64,000 nucleotides of DNA from Octopus sinensis (Eukaryota). Shown one piece after another: positions 1 to 14,625 of this stretch (within the stretch, counting starts at the first letter, position 1; every line of letters starts with the position of its first letter). The notes under the pieces are model-generated. The model worked only from the letters and a program-made list of their open reading frames with translations, searched no databases and was not told the origin of the DNA. The DNA lies in NCBI RefSeq assembly GCF_006345805.1, contig NC_042997.1, positions 2,542,001-2,606,000 of the forward strand, given 5' to 3'. The position numbers were made by a program, and so were the translations under genes.

Positions 1-14
1 TACAGGAGTCAAAT

Positions 15-95
15 ATAAAGATTGACACTATTGTTATCGGAGAATTGGGTTCAATACCACCCACCCTGAAAAACAAAATATGGAAACCTTAAAAA
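15..95 (+). mobile_element. Possible decayed 3' fragment of an RLE-type (R4/Dong-like) LINE
   Basis: Translates KIDTIVIGELGSIPPTLKNK, resembling the VIVGALGMIK motif near the C-terminus of the element at 4935-8367. Very short match. Confidence 0.3.
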
Positions 96-2569
96 TACTC
101 TACACTCTAGATGCATTGATGTAGTTGAGGAAGGCCTGCCAAGTGCGCTGATAAAACATAGTTGGTAAAAGAAATAGAAAATTTCGCTGAATATGCTGAG
201 ACGCAGATGGCTTTTACCATTATGAAAGCAAATATAGGGAAGCGGTATAAGATAGGTAGTAATAAGAAATGCAACTGAACCATACTTTTTCCATGGTTAC
301 TGACTGAAAGAATATAACACATTTCCGTGAAACATATTGATAAATCTAAATGAGTGTATTTTAACGTATGATGTAACAATGTGGTTGCCTGCTATTGTAA
401 GACAAATAGAAAGGAAACGTTGCTTGATATCTCCGACTAGTTCCGGGTGTATAACTTGTGTGAAATCTCTTAACTGTGAACGTTGTGGAAAAAATATGCA
501 AATATGTATATATGATATGTTCAATGTGTGATGGACAAAGAAAGTGTCTGAAAGTGAGGAAAGAAACGAAAAGCCAATAAAAGATCGATAAGATAGTCTG
601 AATAAGTGGAAGAAGTAGAACGGCTAATTCATTGAGTGTGAGGATCGATAAAAGGAAGGTATATCAATCACGTTTTGCCAAAAATCTTCAAAATCTCGAA
701 GAAAATTCAATGTCTGTTAGAAACTGAATTTCAACATCGGGAAGTATAATTAGCCTATGTCTAACAAATTTGACAATTATTCTTAACAAGCTAATGAACG
801 ACATTTACTCAGGAAAAATAAATCCATTTTCATGAGAAAGTTTAAGCTTTATGGAAAGTACAATTATCAACTAGATTTCCTGTAAGAATATCTATAGGGA
901 AATCGGGATGACATTTGAAAATTAGAAGATTTCTTTGACAAAAATAAAGCATGAAAACATCATAATTACTGAAATGGATCTAGATAATGCCTCGAATATT
1001 AAATCCTGAAATGTGTGTATCTCGGATTACTAGCAGATGATAAAAGCAAAATTGTTCAAATACAAGAAGCCCTTGGCAAGCTCTCACTTTATACAACCTT
1101 CGTTTAAAATGCAAATGGATTTGCCAGTAGTTTACAAGCGATGTATACCCACTTATAAAATAGTGACGATGAAACACTGAGAGGCAAAATGAGGAATTTA
1201 AGAATAAAAATATAAAACCTAGGATAAGAATATTTACACTCAATGGGAATAGGCAACCCTAATCCAATGTAATCCATTTATACTAGAAAAAGCAGAGAGT
1301 AAGGGACAAATAGAGTGAGAGAGAGAGAGAGAGAGAGAGAAAGATAGAGAGAGACAGGGTTTACTAATATAAAGTCTAGAGTTCTAGAGAAAATATTTCC
1401 TAGTTAGTCTTAAAGAGGTGATAATTAGTTGATATAATTACAGTGTTAATGAGATCAAATTAAAATAAATAGAGAGATGTAGCGAAAAAGAAGCAAAACT
1501 TCCAAGTAAAGTTTCTCCATTCAGTGTTTGCAGAAATGCATGCAATAATGTCTCACATGTCGAAATGAGTTTGTTTAAAGAGAAGAATTTTGAAGGAAGA
1601 GATCAAGGAAATTATTACAACGTCATAGAAAATAAAACTGAAACGTAAATTGGATTCAGAGAATGATATACATTATTTTAGAACGTACGATAATAGAAAT
1701 GATATTATAGCTCATCTTGCATCAGACGACTTACAGTTAGACCCAAATCAGTACAAATGCTTTGGTATGCTAATACTTTAAGTTTTCTATGAGATGTTTC
1801 GTTGTGCATGCACAGAAAAGTACTATGTTCACTGTACGGTACGGAATAAGAAATCATGCCATTGGAAACACTAATGCAAGTTTATCTAGCTTTTGTATAT
1901 AAACTAGAAGAAGATAGAAATAAAATCCGGACAGTGAAGATGTTGATAAAATTGCTGAGTCGAATTTGAGTGTCATGGTCATCTGATAGTGAAATCAAGA
2001 AGCAGAATATTATACCAAGTTGAGGTATGAAATTTTGGATACAAGACATTAGAAAATCCATGTACCTGCCGGTTATTATTGAGCCTTCCTAAGTCCCACT
2101 AAAAAGCAGTCTGAAATTAAACTTTGTGAAGATTGATCTTAAATTGCTGAGGTTAGATATTGTGCAGAAAGCCTCTTTATTTCTACAAAATACCCAAGGA
2201 TGTCTTCAATACGAAAGTAGAAAGAGTATTGTTTAACAGCATAAAGGCCCTACACTAGAAGAGTTTAAAACTAGTTGTTAGACCCCGGAGTGAGATGCCG
2301 TGTAACATAAAATCACGTAAAACTATGTATACTACGTGTCGTCACGAAGAAGAGAAGAATTTATGACAACATAAAGAACATGCTTGTTCTTGCCTGTTAT
2401 TTTACGTGTATTTCACTTACGTCACTAAGGGAAGTTATGATTCGAATGAAGAGATATATATATAACGAAACTGAGAGGAAGTGGAGAAAGGGAAACAAAG
2501 AAAGAAATGGGAACAGAAACGGAAATCGTGAAAGAAAGGGAGAAGGTCTATAATATTTGATACAAAGAG

Positions 2570-2885
2570 ATAGGTAGCTAGGATGATAGGTAGATAGATA
2601 GACAGACGGATATATATATTAGTATGTAGTTATGCATGTATGTATGTAGGTAGGTAGGAAGGTATATAGGTAGGGAGGTAAGTAGGCAGGTAGGTAGGTA
2701 GATAGGCAATGAGGCAGGTAAGTTGGAAGGCATGTAGTTAGGTAGGTAGATGGGTACGTAGGTAGATAGAATAATAGATATGTAGGTAGATAGACAGACA
2801 AATAGAGTGATGAGGTGACAAACAGATTTATTGCCTGATTGATTGATTGACTGATGGATTGATGGATTGATTGATTGATTAATTG
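2570..2885. repeat. Compound tetranucleotide microsatellite (GATA/GGTA/TATG/GATT)
   Basis: Direct inspection of degenerate tetranucleotide arrays. Confidence 0.9.
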
Positions 2886-3331
2886 GTTGATTGCTTTTTC
2901 CCTTCAGTACTGTTTACGTGGATTTTCACATCAGCATAACAATCAAATCTTTCAGAAAAATATACAATTTCATCATACAATTTTCAAAATAACCGTTGGA
3001 TCCTCACGGGTAGTTCTAATTATTATTATTATCGATAAGTATACATGCTTAATTTGTTTTCTGTTTTCTGAAGATGATAAAATGAGACCCATTCCAGCAC
3101 TGAAGCTAAAGTTGCCACGAAATTTGTGGGTGTCTTCATTAATATTTCGAAATTCGTATGTAAGTTATCAAAATGAGATCAATTACAGTAATTATATTTT
3201 ATTATTGCTGTTATTTTGCTATTTTTCTTATTAGGAGTATTTATTAGGTTTAGGACAAATATTTAAATTAAATGTGTAATATTCATAAGTAGACATTTAT
3301 GTCAATGAGTGAAACAAAAATGAATATTTAC

Positions 3332-4554
3332 CTTATAACTGACGGTGCTGTTTTCTCAATTTGAAGACATGTGTATCTTGGGTAACATCCATTCTGGAAC
3401 AATTGTAAAAGAACATCACTATCTGGTGTACTTTTACCTTTGGCAACCAGGCAGTGAAACATCCCAAGAGTTTGAATAGAGATTTGGTAATGTGTGATAT
3501 TTATGGAGAGTTGCTTATTTTTTTTCATGCTTTGCACCCAAGTGCTACGCAAGCGCTCAGAAAACGGACATAATTTAATTACGTCTTGACGACAGTCTCG
3601 ACATGAATTTGAGCAATGTTGGCGATACCCTGAATCACAAAACTGCACGTATTGTGCGCAATCTTTGAACTCGTCGGCGCAGGTTGTTGACACCACGTAC
3701 TTATCAAGTTTCAATTCCAGATACATTTTCGTTTGAGTAATTTCTTCCCCAGTGTCACAGACAGGCACCATGAATAAAGCTGCGGTTTTGATTTCATTAA
3801 CAGGTTCTTTTACACGTAGAGACCAGATATGGTCGCGTCGATTTTTTTCTCGAAGAATGATGAATCTGAACGGGCCTTCATTCCAATGTGCAAGACAATA
3901 TAATTTCTGTTTTACTTCCATATTTAAATCTTTGTGTATACAAGCCTTCGTTCTAAAATGAATCATCATACCTTCTCCAGATTCACATTCACTTTCTAGC
4001 CTAATAGGAACTATTTCTTCACGGCATAGCGCAGACCCACTGCTATCAAACATTTGTAAATTGTAACCCCCTGAGAATGGGCAGCTAACTTTGTGCTCAA
4101 GTAGTTTTTCTAGCAGTACTAATGGCCACATATCTAACATTAACGTATTACAAAGATCTGGATAATTCGTTTTAGATATTTCTGATTGTTTTAGCTGAAC
4201 AATGATTTCACCTCGACGCAAGAATTCCATACAAACATAACTGGTCGTATGAGCAATTTCTATGTGAGATGCTATATATTTACCGTTAGGGAACTCTTCT
4301 ATACATTTTCTTTCGTATCGTGTACATTGTCGATCACGACAACTACTAGCTTTCATAATACCATCTTGAAAGTACGCCACAAATCGGTCACCTTTTTCGT
4401 AACCTCGTACCCAAGCATTCTGCTCCGTGTGCATAAAACTGGGGAATTTGCATTCGGCCGACGTCACCCGCAGCACAACTGCCACGGCTAGAACGAGGCC
4501 AGTTTGTAGCCATAATAGCACTTCAAAAGCCTTCGTCGTCATGGGAACACGCAT
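3332..4554 (-). CDS. Large coding exon of an uncharacterised secreted or cell-surface cysteine-rich multidomain protein: signal peptide, two DUF7043/DUF7042-like modules, ShKT domain, start of a further module. Gene incomplete in the window.
   Basis: 417-aa open frame (3328..4581) with normal composition in otherwise ORF-poor DNA. Minus-strand acceptor TTCTTTTGTTTTACAG|AAA at 4585/4584 and donor ATAAG|GTAAAT at 3332/3331, so the exon is 3332-4584 (1253 bp); the ORF's TAA stop lies inside the donor, so the protein continues in a downstream exon. First ATG at 4554 (second at 4542) is followed by a hydrophobic stretch VLLWLQTGLVLAVAVVL and a T-S-A cleavage-type site. The DUF assignment rests on recalled motif similarity (CxFP..W, SCPFxGxY, CLAxWxEG, GCxxxYxC), not on a search. 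Confidence 0.88.
3592..3681 (-). other. ShKT (ShK toxin-like) six-cysteine domain within the CDS
   Basis: CADEFKDCAQYVQFCDSGYRQHCSNSCRDC (ORF aa 301-330) has spacing C-x6-C-x6-C-x7-C-x3-C-x2-C with Asp at position 3, matching the ShKT consensus. Confidence 0.8.
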
Positions 4555-4735
4555 CCGATTAACAACCTTAGTGACAGGCACTTTCTGTAAAACAAAAGAA
4601 ATATAAATATTATTCAGAGTGCATCATATAGCATTAACAAAGTTGTGTAATATATAAGAAAAAACCCTAAAAATACATTAGTAAACAAATCTCTTACAAA
4701 GTATCCAAAATCTTTTATTGTATATAACACAATAG

Positions 4736-4740
4736 TAATA

Positions 4741-4799
<59 letters not shown>

Positions 4800-4934
4800 T
4801 AATAAAATACTGCTGTGACTACACATAAAACAATATCATTGATGATGATGGTGATGGTGATGATGATAATAATGATAGTAATAGTAGTGATAATAATAAT
4901 AGTGATAATAATGGTGATGATAATAACAATAATA
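4736..4934. repeat. (AAT)n and mixed (GAT/AAT)n microsatellite forming the 5' flank of the Dong-like LINE
   Basis: Pure (AAT)n at ~4736-4804; degenerate GAT/AAT array at ~4841-4934 abuts the element start. Confidence 0.95.
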
Positions 4935-7900
4935 AGCCGGCTACAGCTGCTATAATGGTACGATTATAATTGTAACGGCAATGATGGCCGTCTCCCCACG
5001 AGCCAATCAAAGCTCAAAAATGATAACATTAACATAGCACCAAAATGTTTTTGGAAACTAAAAGGAAAACTAAATCAGTATACCAAATCGCTTGTCCTAT
5101 GGTTAATCTGGAAGCGCGTATCCCAGGGAAGAGCCAGCCTGGGATTGAAAAGTCATCAACTGGCACAAACTCTTCTCCGAATACGGACATGGATGGTCAC
5201 TTGAACGGGAAATTCCCCAACTCGAGCCCTCCAAGTTTACCACCAGAATCACCACAGAAAGAAAAATGTAAGCGGAATAAATGGACCCGAGAAGAGTATA
5301 AAGAAGTAATATACGCTTATTACTATGCATTAGGTAGGCCACCTCAAGAGAGACACACCGCAAACTCTTACAGTATATGGAGAACATGGAATCAAGACAG
5401 TAGGCCCTATTTGGACGAGAACAAATTAGCAAATGTGAGGAGGGATATCCTTAGAAATAACAGACTCACAGACAGTGAAATAAGCGCGATCAAGCACGCA
5501 ACAGAAAATAACATAAATATAAGACACAAAGGAAATGAAGAATCAGATGAACAGAATAGCCCGCCACGAGGCTTAATTGAAAGACTGCCATCTGACCAAA
5601 GTACGCAAAGGCCTGAAGACACAAGAAATTATATTGAACCTGTTAAAGATAGCCAGGAAAATGATAAAACAAAAGTAACAGAAGATCTCGCATTTGCTGA
5701 AGAACACAGAGAGTCTATGGCAGAAATGAGGCAGAAAATCCTGAATACGCTTGAAGGTGTAAGACATACAAGTATGAATGATAGAGAACCACTTCATAAA
5801 CTCTCAAATACAAACCAAAATAAAAAAAACAAATCAAAATTGGCAACTATGTAACAAATAAAATAATACAAGAATTGAAACCTGATTTTACTGAGTTAAA
5901 TGAAATTAGTTACGCTTCTGCTAGGGCAATTGAAACAAGCTGTATGCCCCCGAAAAAACAAAGAAAACCAAACCTGGGAAGAAATCAAACGTGGAGAAGT
6001 AAAATTGAAAAAGAGATTGAATTTATGAGAGGGGAAATATCAATATTAAATGAACTAATAAGTGGAAATGATGTAAGATCCAGAACAGGAAGAAAGATGA
6101 AGAGAAAATTTGGATCCTCACCTACAGAAGAACTGATATCAATAAAAGAAACGCTGAAACACAAAGTCAAAGCAAAAGCCCAAAGAATACGAAAACTTGA
6201 GAAGAGAAACAAGTTTTAAAAGCAAAATAAGCTGTTCACATCCAATGCCAAAAAATTCTACAGAGAAATAGGGAAGGAGAAAGTAACCGTTAAAGACGGA
6301 AGAAGTTCAAAACTTTTGGAAAAGGATTTGGATTGACATGAAGACGTACAACATAAATACAGAGTGGATTATACAAACGGAAGGATCCTACCAAAATTTA
6401 CAACAACAAGCATGAGAAGACATCACAATAGCAGACCTAAGAAAGGCACTCACGAAGGCCCATAATTGGAAATCCCCTGGTAAAGATAGTGTGCCGAATT
6501 TCTGGCTCGCATCGCTCCCATACGCACACGGTAAGCTAGTTCAGCTGCTCAATGGAATTATGAGAGACCTAAAGAAAACACCTGAATGGTTAGCAAGTGG
6601 TATTACTTACCTACTCCCAAAGAATAACGAAACCAACCATCCAAAAAACTATCGGCCAATAACCTGTCTATCCACCACGTATAAAATCCTAACATCTATC
6701 CTGGCGGAGAAAACATATATATTCATGGAGAAGAACGATATTTTCCCCATTGAACAAAAAGGGTATCGCCGAGGCCCATACGGATGCAGAGATAAACTGT
6801 TAATTAATTGTATGATCCTTGAGAACTGTCACAACAAGCGCAGAAATCTCAGCTCCGCATGGATTGACTATAAAAAGGCCTTCGACATTATACCGCATCC
6901 ATGGATCTTGAGATCTCTGGATATCTTCAAAATTTCCCCTGTGATTTCAAGCTTCCTGAAACACAATATGTCGTTGTGGAATACGAATCTCCAATTATAC
7001 CACTCTAATGGAGTACTTGCCTCAGAGAACATAAACATCAGCTGTGGGATTTTTCAAGGTGACTCACTTTCACCTCTAATATTCTGCATAGCCCTAATAC
7101 CCCTTACAAGTGAATTAAACAGAACAGGGTATGGGTATAAAATTGCCAATAAAAAAATAAGCCATCTATTTTATATGGGTGACTTAAAACTCTATGGTAA
7201 AGACGATAATGAACTTGAAGGCATATTGCGCACTGTGAAAGCATTCAGTGATGACATCGGGATGGAGTTTGGGCTTGAGAAGTGTGCCAAGACCGCTTTC
7301 CAGAATTTGCTATTGATCTCGTGCAGGATACCCAAACTGAACCACCCGAGGGAAGTACGGCAGCTATTGTTGCAAAGAAGGTGAAAATAATGGCAACGGA
7401 AAAAAGCGCACAAGCATTTGGCTGATAGGTGGGAGGAGAAACCTCTGCACGGCAAATATGTGGCCCGTAGCAAACAAGCTGATGTTGACCAGAAGCAAAC
7501 CCATCAGTGGCTACGGAGCTCAGGGCTAAAAGCAGAGAGCGAAGGTTTCATCCTGGCTGCTCAAGATCAAAGCCTATTCATTCGGAACTACCAGGCCAAT
7601 GTGATGAAAAATGGAGCAGACCCAAAATGCCGATTCTGCAACGACATGATTGAAACAGTGGACCACCTAATGTCTGGATGTAAAGTCTTAGCACCAGTGG
7701 AGTATAAATTAAGACATGACAGAGTTGGCCAATATCTACACTGGCTAATAAGTCGGCATTACAATATCAAAACTGCCGACAAGTGGTATAATCACCACAC
7801 TGAAGCTGTAACTGAAGGAGAAAATGTAACGATTCTGTGGGACTTTCCAGTACATACAGACCGAACCATCAAAGCCAATAAACCGGATATAGTTGTGAAA

Positions 7901-8367
7901 GACCAACACAATAAAGTTTGCTTATTGATCGACATGAGCATCCCCTGTGATCATAATATCTCGGCGAAAGAGCTTGACAAGCTTAGAAAATATAAAGACC
8001 TGCTCATTGAAATTGAGAAGATGTGGCATCTCAAGGCGGTTACAATACCAGTGATCGTAGGAGCACTAGGAATGATCAAGAAGGGAACCGAAAATTATAT
8101 GAGAATAATCCCTGGCTTACCATCCCTGCAAGAAGTGCAAAAGATTGTCTTAACTGGTACATCACACGTATTGAGAAGATCATTATCGATGTGAGAACTA
8201 TTACTACCCATATATTTTAATTTAACTTTATTTCTTTAAAGAAAAAAGAATGAACTAACTAGTGAGTTTAGTTTAATGGCCTACCAATGTATACTATGAG
8301 TTTCTTTGCCCTAGGAGTCGGGTAGACACTCGGAAAGAAATAGAAGCAAATGTGAAAGACGAAAAAA
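4935..8367 (+). mobile_element. R4/Dong-clade non-LTR retrotransposon (RT plus C-terminal restriction-like endonuclease), near full length but inactivated
   Basis: ORF pieces 5045-5854, 5875-6219, 6491-7384 and 7418-8194. Motifs: N-terminal KWTREEYKEVIYAYY; RT NYRPITCL, WIDYKKAFD, GIFQGDSLSPLIF and FYMGDLKLY (YMDD changed to YMGD); CCHC knuckle CRFC..ETVDHLMSGC; RLE KPDIVVKD..LLIDMSIP..KLRKY; C-terminal IVGALG. 3'UTR ends in an (AAT)n tail. Carries stops, frameshifts and an apparent internal deletion near 7300. Confidence 0.92.
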
Positions 8368-8389
8368 TATAATAATAATAATAATAATA

Positions 8390-8432
<43 letters not shown>
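8368..8432. repeat. (AAT)n tail or target at the 3' end of the Dong-like LINE
   Basis: Direct inspection. Confidence 0.95.
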
Positions 8433-8433
<1 letters not shown>

Positions 8434-9072
8434 GTAAGGAGTATAACTCCAAACTTACAGGGGAAAATTCATTTTAGTATTAAACCAAATTTCACAATAA
8501 AAATATATATGTACGTAGTCTTTTTACTTATTATATTATGTTTATTAATTTTTTGGTACTTTTTGTGATCTAGATATATGTTTTATAATATATTTTATTT
8601 TCTCTATATGAATTTATGTCTATCATTGTTTGAATTACATAATAGTGTTTTTGCTCTAATTCATATATATATATATACACACATATATAGGCTAGACTTC
8701 TGTAAGGTAATCTGCGGTATTCAAACGTTGCGTTTACTTTAGACTGGATCCGTGATAAAACCTCTACAAACAACCTTTGTAACTTTAGGAGTAGTCAAAC
8801 TGGTAAACTTAATTTAGGTAGCTTCATATAATCTGTCAAGTGAAATAATAATAAACACGGTATTCAACGTGTCCAGTAGGAACATTTCATGTCTGTAAAG
8901 TAAAAGTTAGTTCAAATTAGTTATTTTTTTAAAGACCCGGTTTGTGCTGTTTTATATACATCCAGTTGAAAGAATTTTGAGTGTTATGAATCGGCATTAA
9001 GATTCAACTTAGTATACCATAGAATGCGATGATGCTTTAAATAAAGCTAAATAATTTCGAAATCAGAATTTA

Positions 9073-9937
9073 AGGCGATCTTTCGTTTGTAGTAGCACGT
9101 TTCAGTCGATGATTTCCGTAAAAAACTTTTATTTTTTTACATATGGGCTTGCGGGAACATTTGAAGTAATGAGAGCGAAAGAGACTAAGAGGAAGCGATT
9201 GTATGACGAGGGAATTTCTTTTGAAGTTACCGAAGCACATATACACATACACCGAGTAAAAAATTACACTGAATCGGCCATACATACATATACACATACA
9301 CACACACATACTTACACACACACACACATACATAGATACATACACACACACACATACATGCAGAGATACATATACACATACACCGAGTAAAAAATTACAC
9401 TGAATCGGCCATACATACATACATACACACACATACTTACACACATACATTCAGACATACATATACACATACACCGAGTAAAAAATTACACTGAATCGGC
9501 CATACATACATACATACACAAACACATACATAGATACATACACACATACATACACACACACATACATAGATACATACACACACACACACATACATGCATA
9601 CATATACACATACACCAAGTAAAAAATGTCAGTTATCTCTTTCACACATTACTCTCTCTGTCTCTTCACACACACTAACAGAAGCACTTCACTTGCACAA
9701 CATACTGTCTGTCTCCCACACCCCATCAAACACACACACACACGCGCGCGCACACACACACATGTACATCATTGCTTCGGTAACTTCAAAAGAAATTCCC
9801 TCGTCATAAAATCGCTTTCTCTTAGTCTCTTTCGCTCTCATTACTTCAAATGTTCCCGCAAGCCAATATGTAAGAAAATAAAAGTTTTTTACGGAAATCA
9901 TCGACGGAAACGTGCTACTACAAACGAAAGATCGCCT
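9073..9937. mobile_element. Non-autonomous DNA transposon (MITE) with 165-bp terminal inverted repeats; possibly Kolobok-type
   Basis: 9073-9237 is the reverse complement of 9773-9937 with 5 mismatches. Termini AGGCGATC...GATCGCCT; right flank TTAA, left flank TTTA (imperfect TTAA site). Interior is microsatellite-rich and non-coding. Confidence 0.75.
9250..9630 (+). repeat. Minisatellite inside the MITE: CACCGAGTAAAAAATTACACTGAATCGGCC units separated by CA/TACA arrays
   Basis: Full copies start at 9250, 9381 and 9472; a diverged partial copy starts at 9613. Confidence 0.9.
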
Positions 9938-10180
9938 TTAAATGATGTCCGACTCAGACTTAACGTAGCTGGTGTAATATAAATCAGCAGAGATGAGGCC
10001 GAATATTGTGAGACTGCCTGCTTTATAAAGAGAGGCGTGGGCTGCCCTCTGTTCGACAAAGAAAGGCGCCCTAAATTTTGTAGTTACTAAAATTATTTCA
10101 TTTGGAATTAAGTATGCCAACAAAAGGGAAGTAACTCTTCTTTCTATTGTTTTACCTCCAAACTTTTCACTATTGCCCTA

Positions 10181-12218
<2,038 letters not shown>

Positions 12219-13778
12219 GCGCGTAATGTTTGAACTGTACTGCAGCCCGTTAAAATGACAGTCGCACAAGCTTGGTCTTTCTATAAGCTGGTAGTGTTCT
12301 GATAAAATGTAACAGAATTGTTTCTAGTCTATTTATTTCTTGATAAAGCAAATAATAAAAGTGGTCTTTGGGAGAATATAATGTAGTAAATGAATACGCT
12401 GGCGTTTAGTTAGGACTATATAGTGGTTTTGCTACTAGTTCAGTTTTTATTACGACATAAAATATATATGAAAGTAATATACTAATCAACTATCTGAAAA
12501 TAATATGCTCACATGTAAATCTAATATATCTTAAATGTTCAAATTTGCAATTATAGCAGAATTCATCACACAGTGACTGAAAATAGGACGTTATCAGGGT
12601 GAAAAGGTCACTCTCAAAAGTATAAAAGACATACGTGAAGTGAAATAAGCCAACATTAGGATGTCTGTTTGTGTGCGTGTGTGTGTGTGCGTATGTGTGT
12701 GTACGCATGTGTATATTCACGTGTGTATGCGATTGGGCTCTGGAATATATGTATTATTCACACGCACAGATCACGGACACACGGACTGATACATTCACTC
12801 GCTGGCATTCAAATATGCAGATTATATATATGTCGTTACATATGCGAATCTATTTGTTTTTACATGTGCGTGATGCATACATGTATGCACAAGCGTTCAT
12901 ATGTATCAAGCCTTTATTCTGACAGACTCATGGATCCATCTGATCACCTACATAGTGATATCACACACATTTTCTTGAAATTTACTTCGCGGTATTTTAT
13001 TAAGATCTAACTGACAACATTTGAATGTGTAAGCATCAAAGTACATATTAGAGATGCAAGAACTATTTCGTTTATAAATAATTTTTGCGTATATTCATCT
13101 AATAATTTTTATTTCTTTTTCTTCTACCTATTGTTTTGTTTCATCTTCAGACACCGAAGTATTCACATTATCCTAGTATTTCCTTTCTAATTAACATTTG
13201 CAAATCGAATTACCATTATATGGATTTTTTCTAAGAATAAAATAACTGTAACGTTTAAATTGCAAATTGAATGAAGCTGACTTTCAGAGTGGAAGACATA
13301 GTTAGTTTTCACTTACGAATCCTAGAATCTGCATTCTTCATCTTTTCGGACAAACATACTCTAATATGTTTCTAGACTGGTATCCAAGCAAAATCATCAG
13401 GCACTGCTCACATAACATAACGAACGACTTTGTTGATCTTGCCACCACCAAATAGTACGTTTAAAGATATTATTATTCTTTCGGTCTTGTGTCGAGATAT
13501 ACACAGTTTCTTTATAGATGGATTTACTCTAATAGAATTAAGGTAGTAACTTGATAATAAAAATTCAGTTCGGTGATAACTTCGAATATTTCTGAATCTC
13601 TTCATAAATCGAAGTATTTTATTTTACTTTAATCTTTGACTCGAAACTGAAAATAAGTAAATGTATAACTGTTTTATTGCTAGCAGTCTACATAGCTACA
13701 TATCTAGATTCGCTTTATCTGACTACATATTTTTATATGTATGTAAGTATGTGCATATGTTTATATATTTTTATGCAT

Positions 13779-13809
<31 letters not shown>

Positions 13810-13815
<6 letters not shown>

Positions 13816-14625
13816 TTTATATTGTATAGAGTGTATTATTACACATAAATGCCTCACACTAAGAGGGGACATAAGTCATTACTACCAAAATTTCACTAAT
13901 CGTACCTAATGCAGTTTTCAAAGCAGGACATTTAAAAAATGAAGTTAGTTCTATATCACCTGTGATTTCACACTTAACGCGTCAAATACGTCTATGTTCA
14001 TCAGTAGAACTGATTCTGAATACATCATAAATATACCTGGCGAAGTCGAACAGACATCTGCTCTCTCCGGCGAAGCTCATGGAAATGTTTATAACTCATA
14101 TATTCGGTAAATGGCGTGCTTTCTCGAACTGCATGACGGGTAGGAAAAGTATTTCTTCGGAATAAATTTAACAATTAATGATAACTTCTTAATAAGGAAT
14201 CTTAACAAGAAATTATCAGGTAGTTAGCGTGAAAAACCTTGTAAGAGAAAAAAATTTCGAAAATAATTTTTTCCTTTTGAAAATATTAATTTATATTGTA
14301 TAGAGGGCATTATTACACATAAATGATCACACTAAGAGGGACATAAGTCATTACTACCAATATTTCACTAATCGTACCATTTTTTAAATGTCAGGCTTTG
14401 AAAACTGCATTAGGCACGATTAGTGAAATTTTGGTAGTAATGACTAAAATCCCTCTTAGTTTGAGGCATTTATGTGTAATAATGCCCTCTATACAATATA
14501 AATCAGTATTTTCAAAAGGAAAGAAATTATTTTCGAAATTTTTTTCTCTTACGAGGTTTTTCACGCTAACTACCTGATAATTTCTTGTTAAGATTCCTTA
14601 TTAAGAAGTTATCCTTAATTGTTAA

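Noticed and set aside
1440-2280. Purine-rich, coding-like stretch with a Cys/His cluster (MFRCACTEKYYVHC)
   Set aside because: Many stops in all frames and no recognisable motif series; may be an old transposon but cannot be assigned.
2875-3234. 119-aa plus-strand ORF and the antisense ORFs overlapping the CDS and LINEs
   Set aside because: Low-complexity hydrophobic AT-rich translation or shadow frames of real ORFs; no domain motifs.
4935-5030. Possible HDV-like ribozyme at the Dong-like 5' end (CGT-CTCCCC-ACG hairpin; GCCGGCT/AGCCAAT as P1)
   Set aside because: P1 has two mismatches, the loop is short and the GG needed for P1.1 is absent; not supportable from this copy. Worth retesting on the family consensus.
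9250-9630. CRISPR-like appearance of 30-bp repeats with variable spacers
   Set aside because: The spacers are CA/TACA microsatellite, the context is eukaryotic and inside a MITE, and there are no cas genes.
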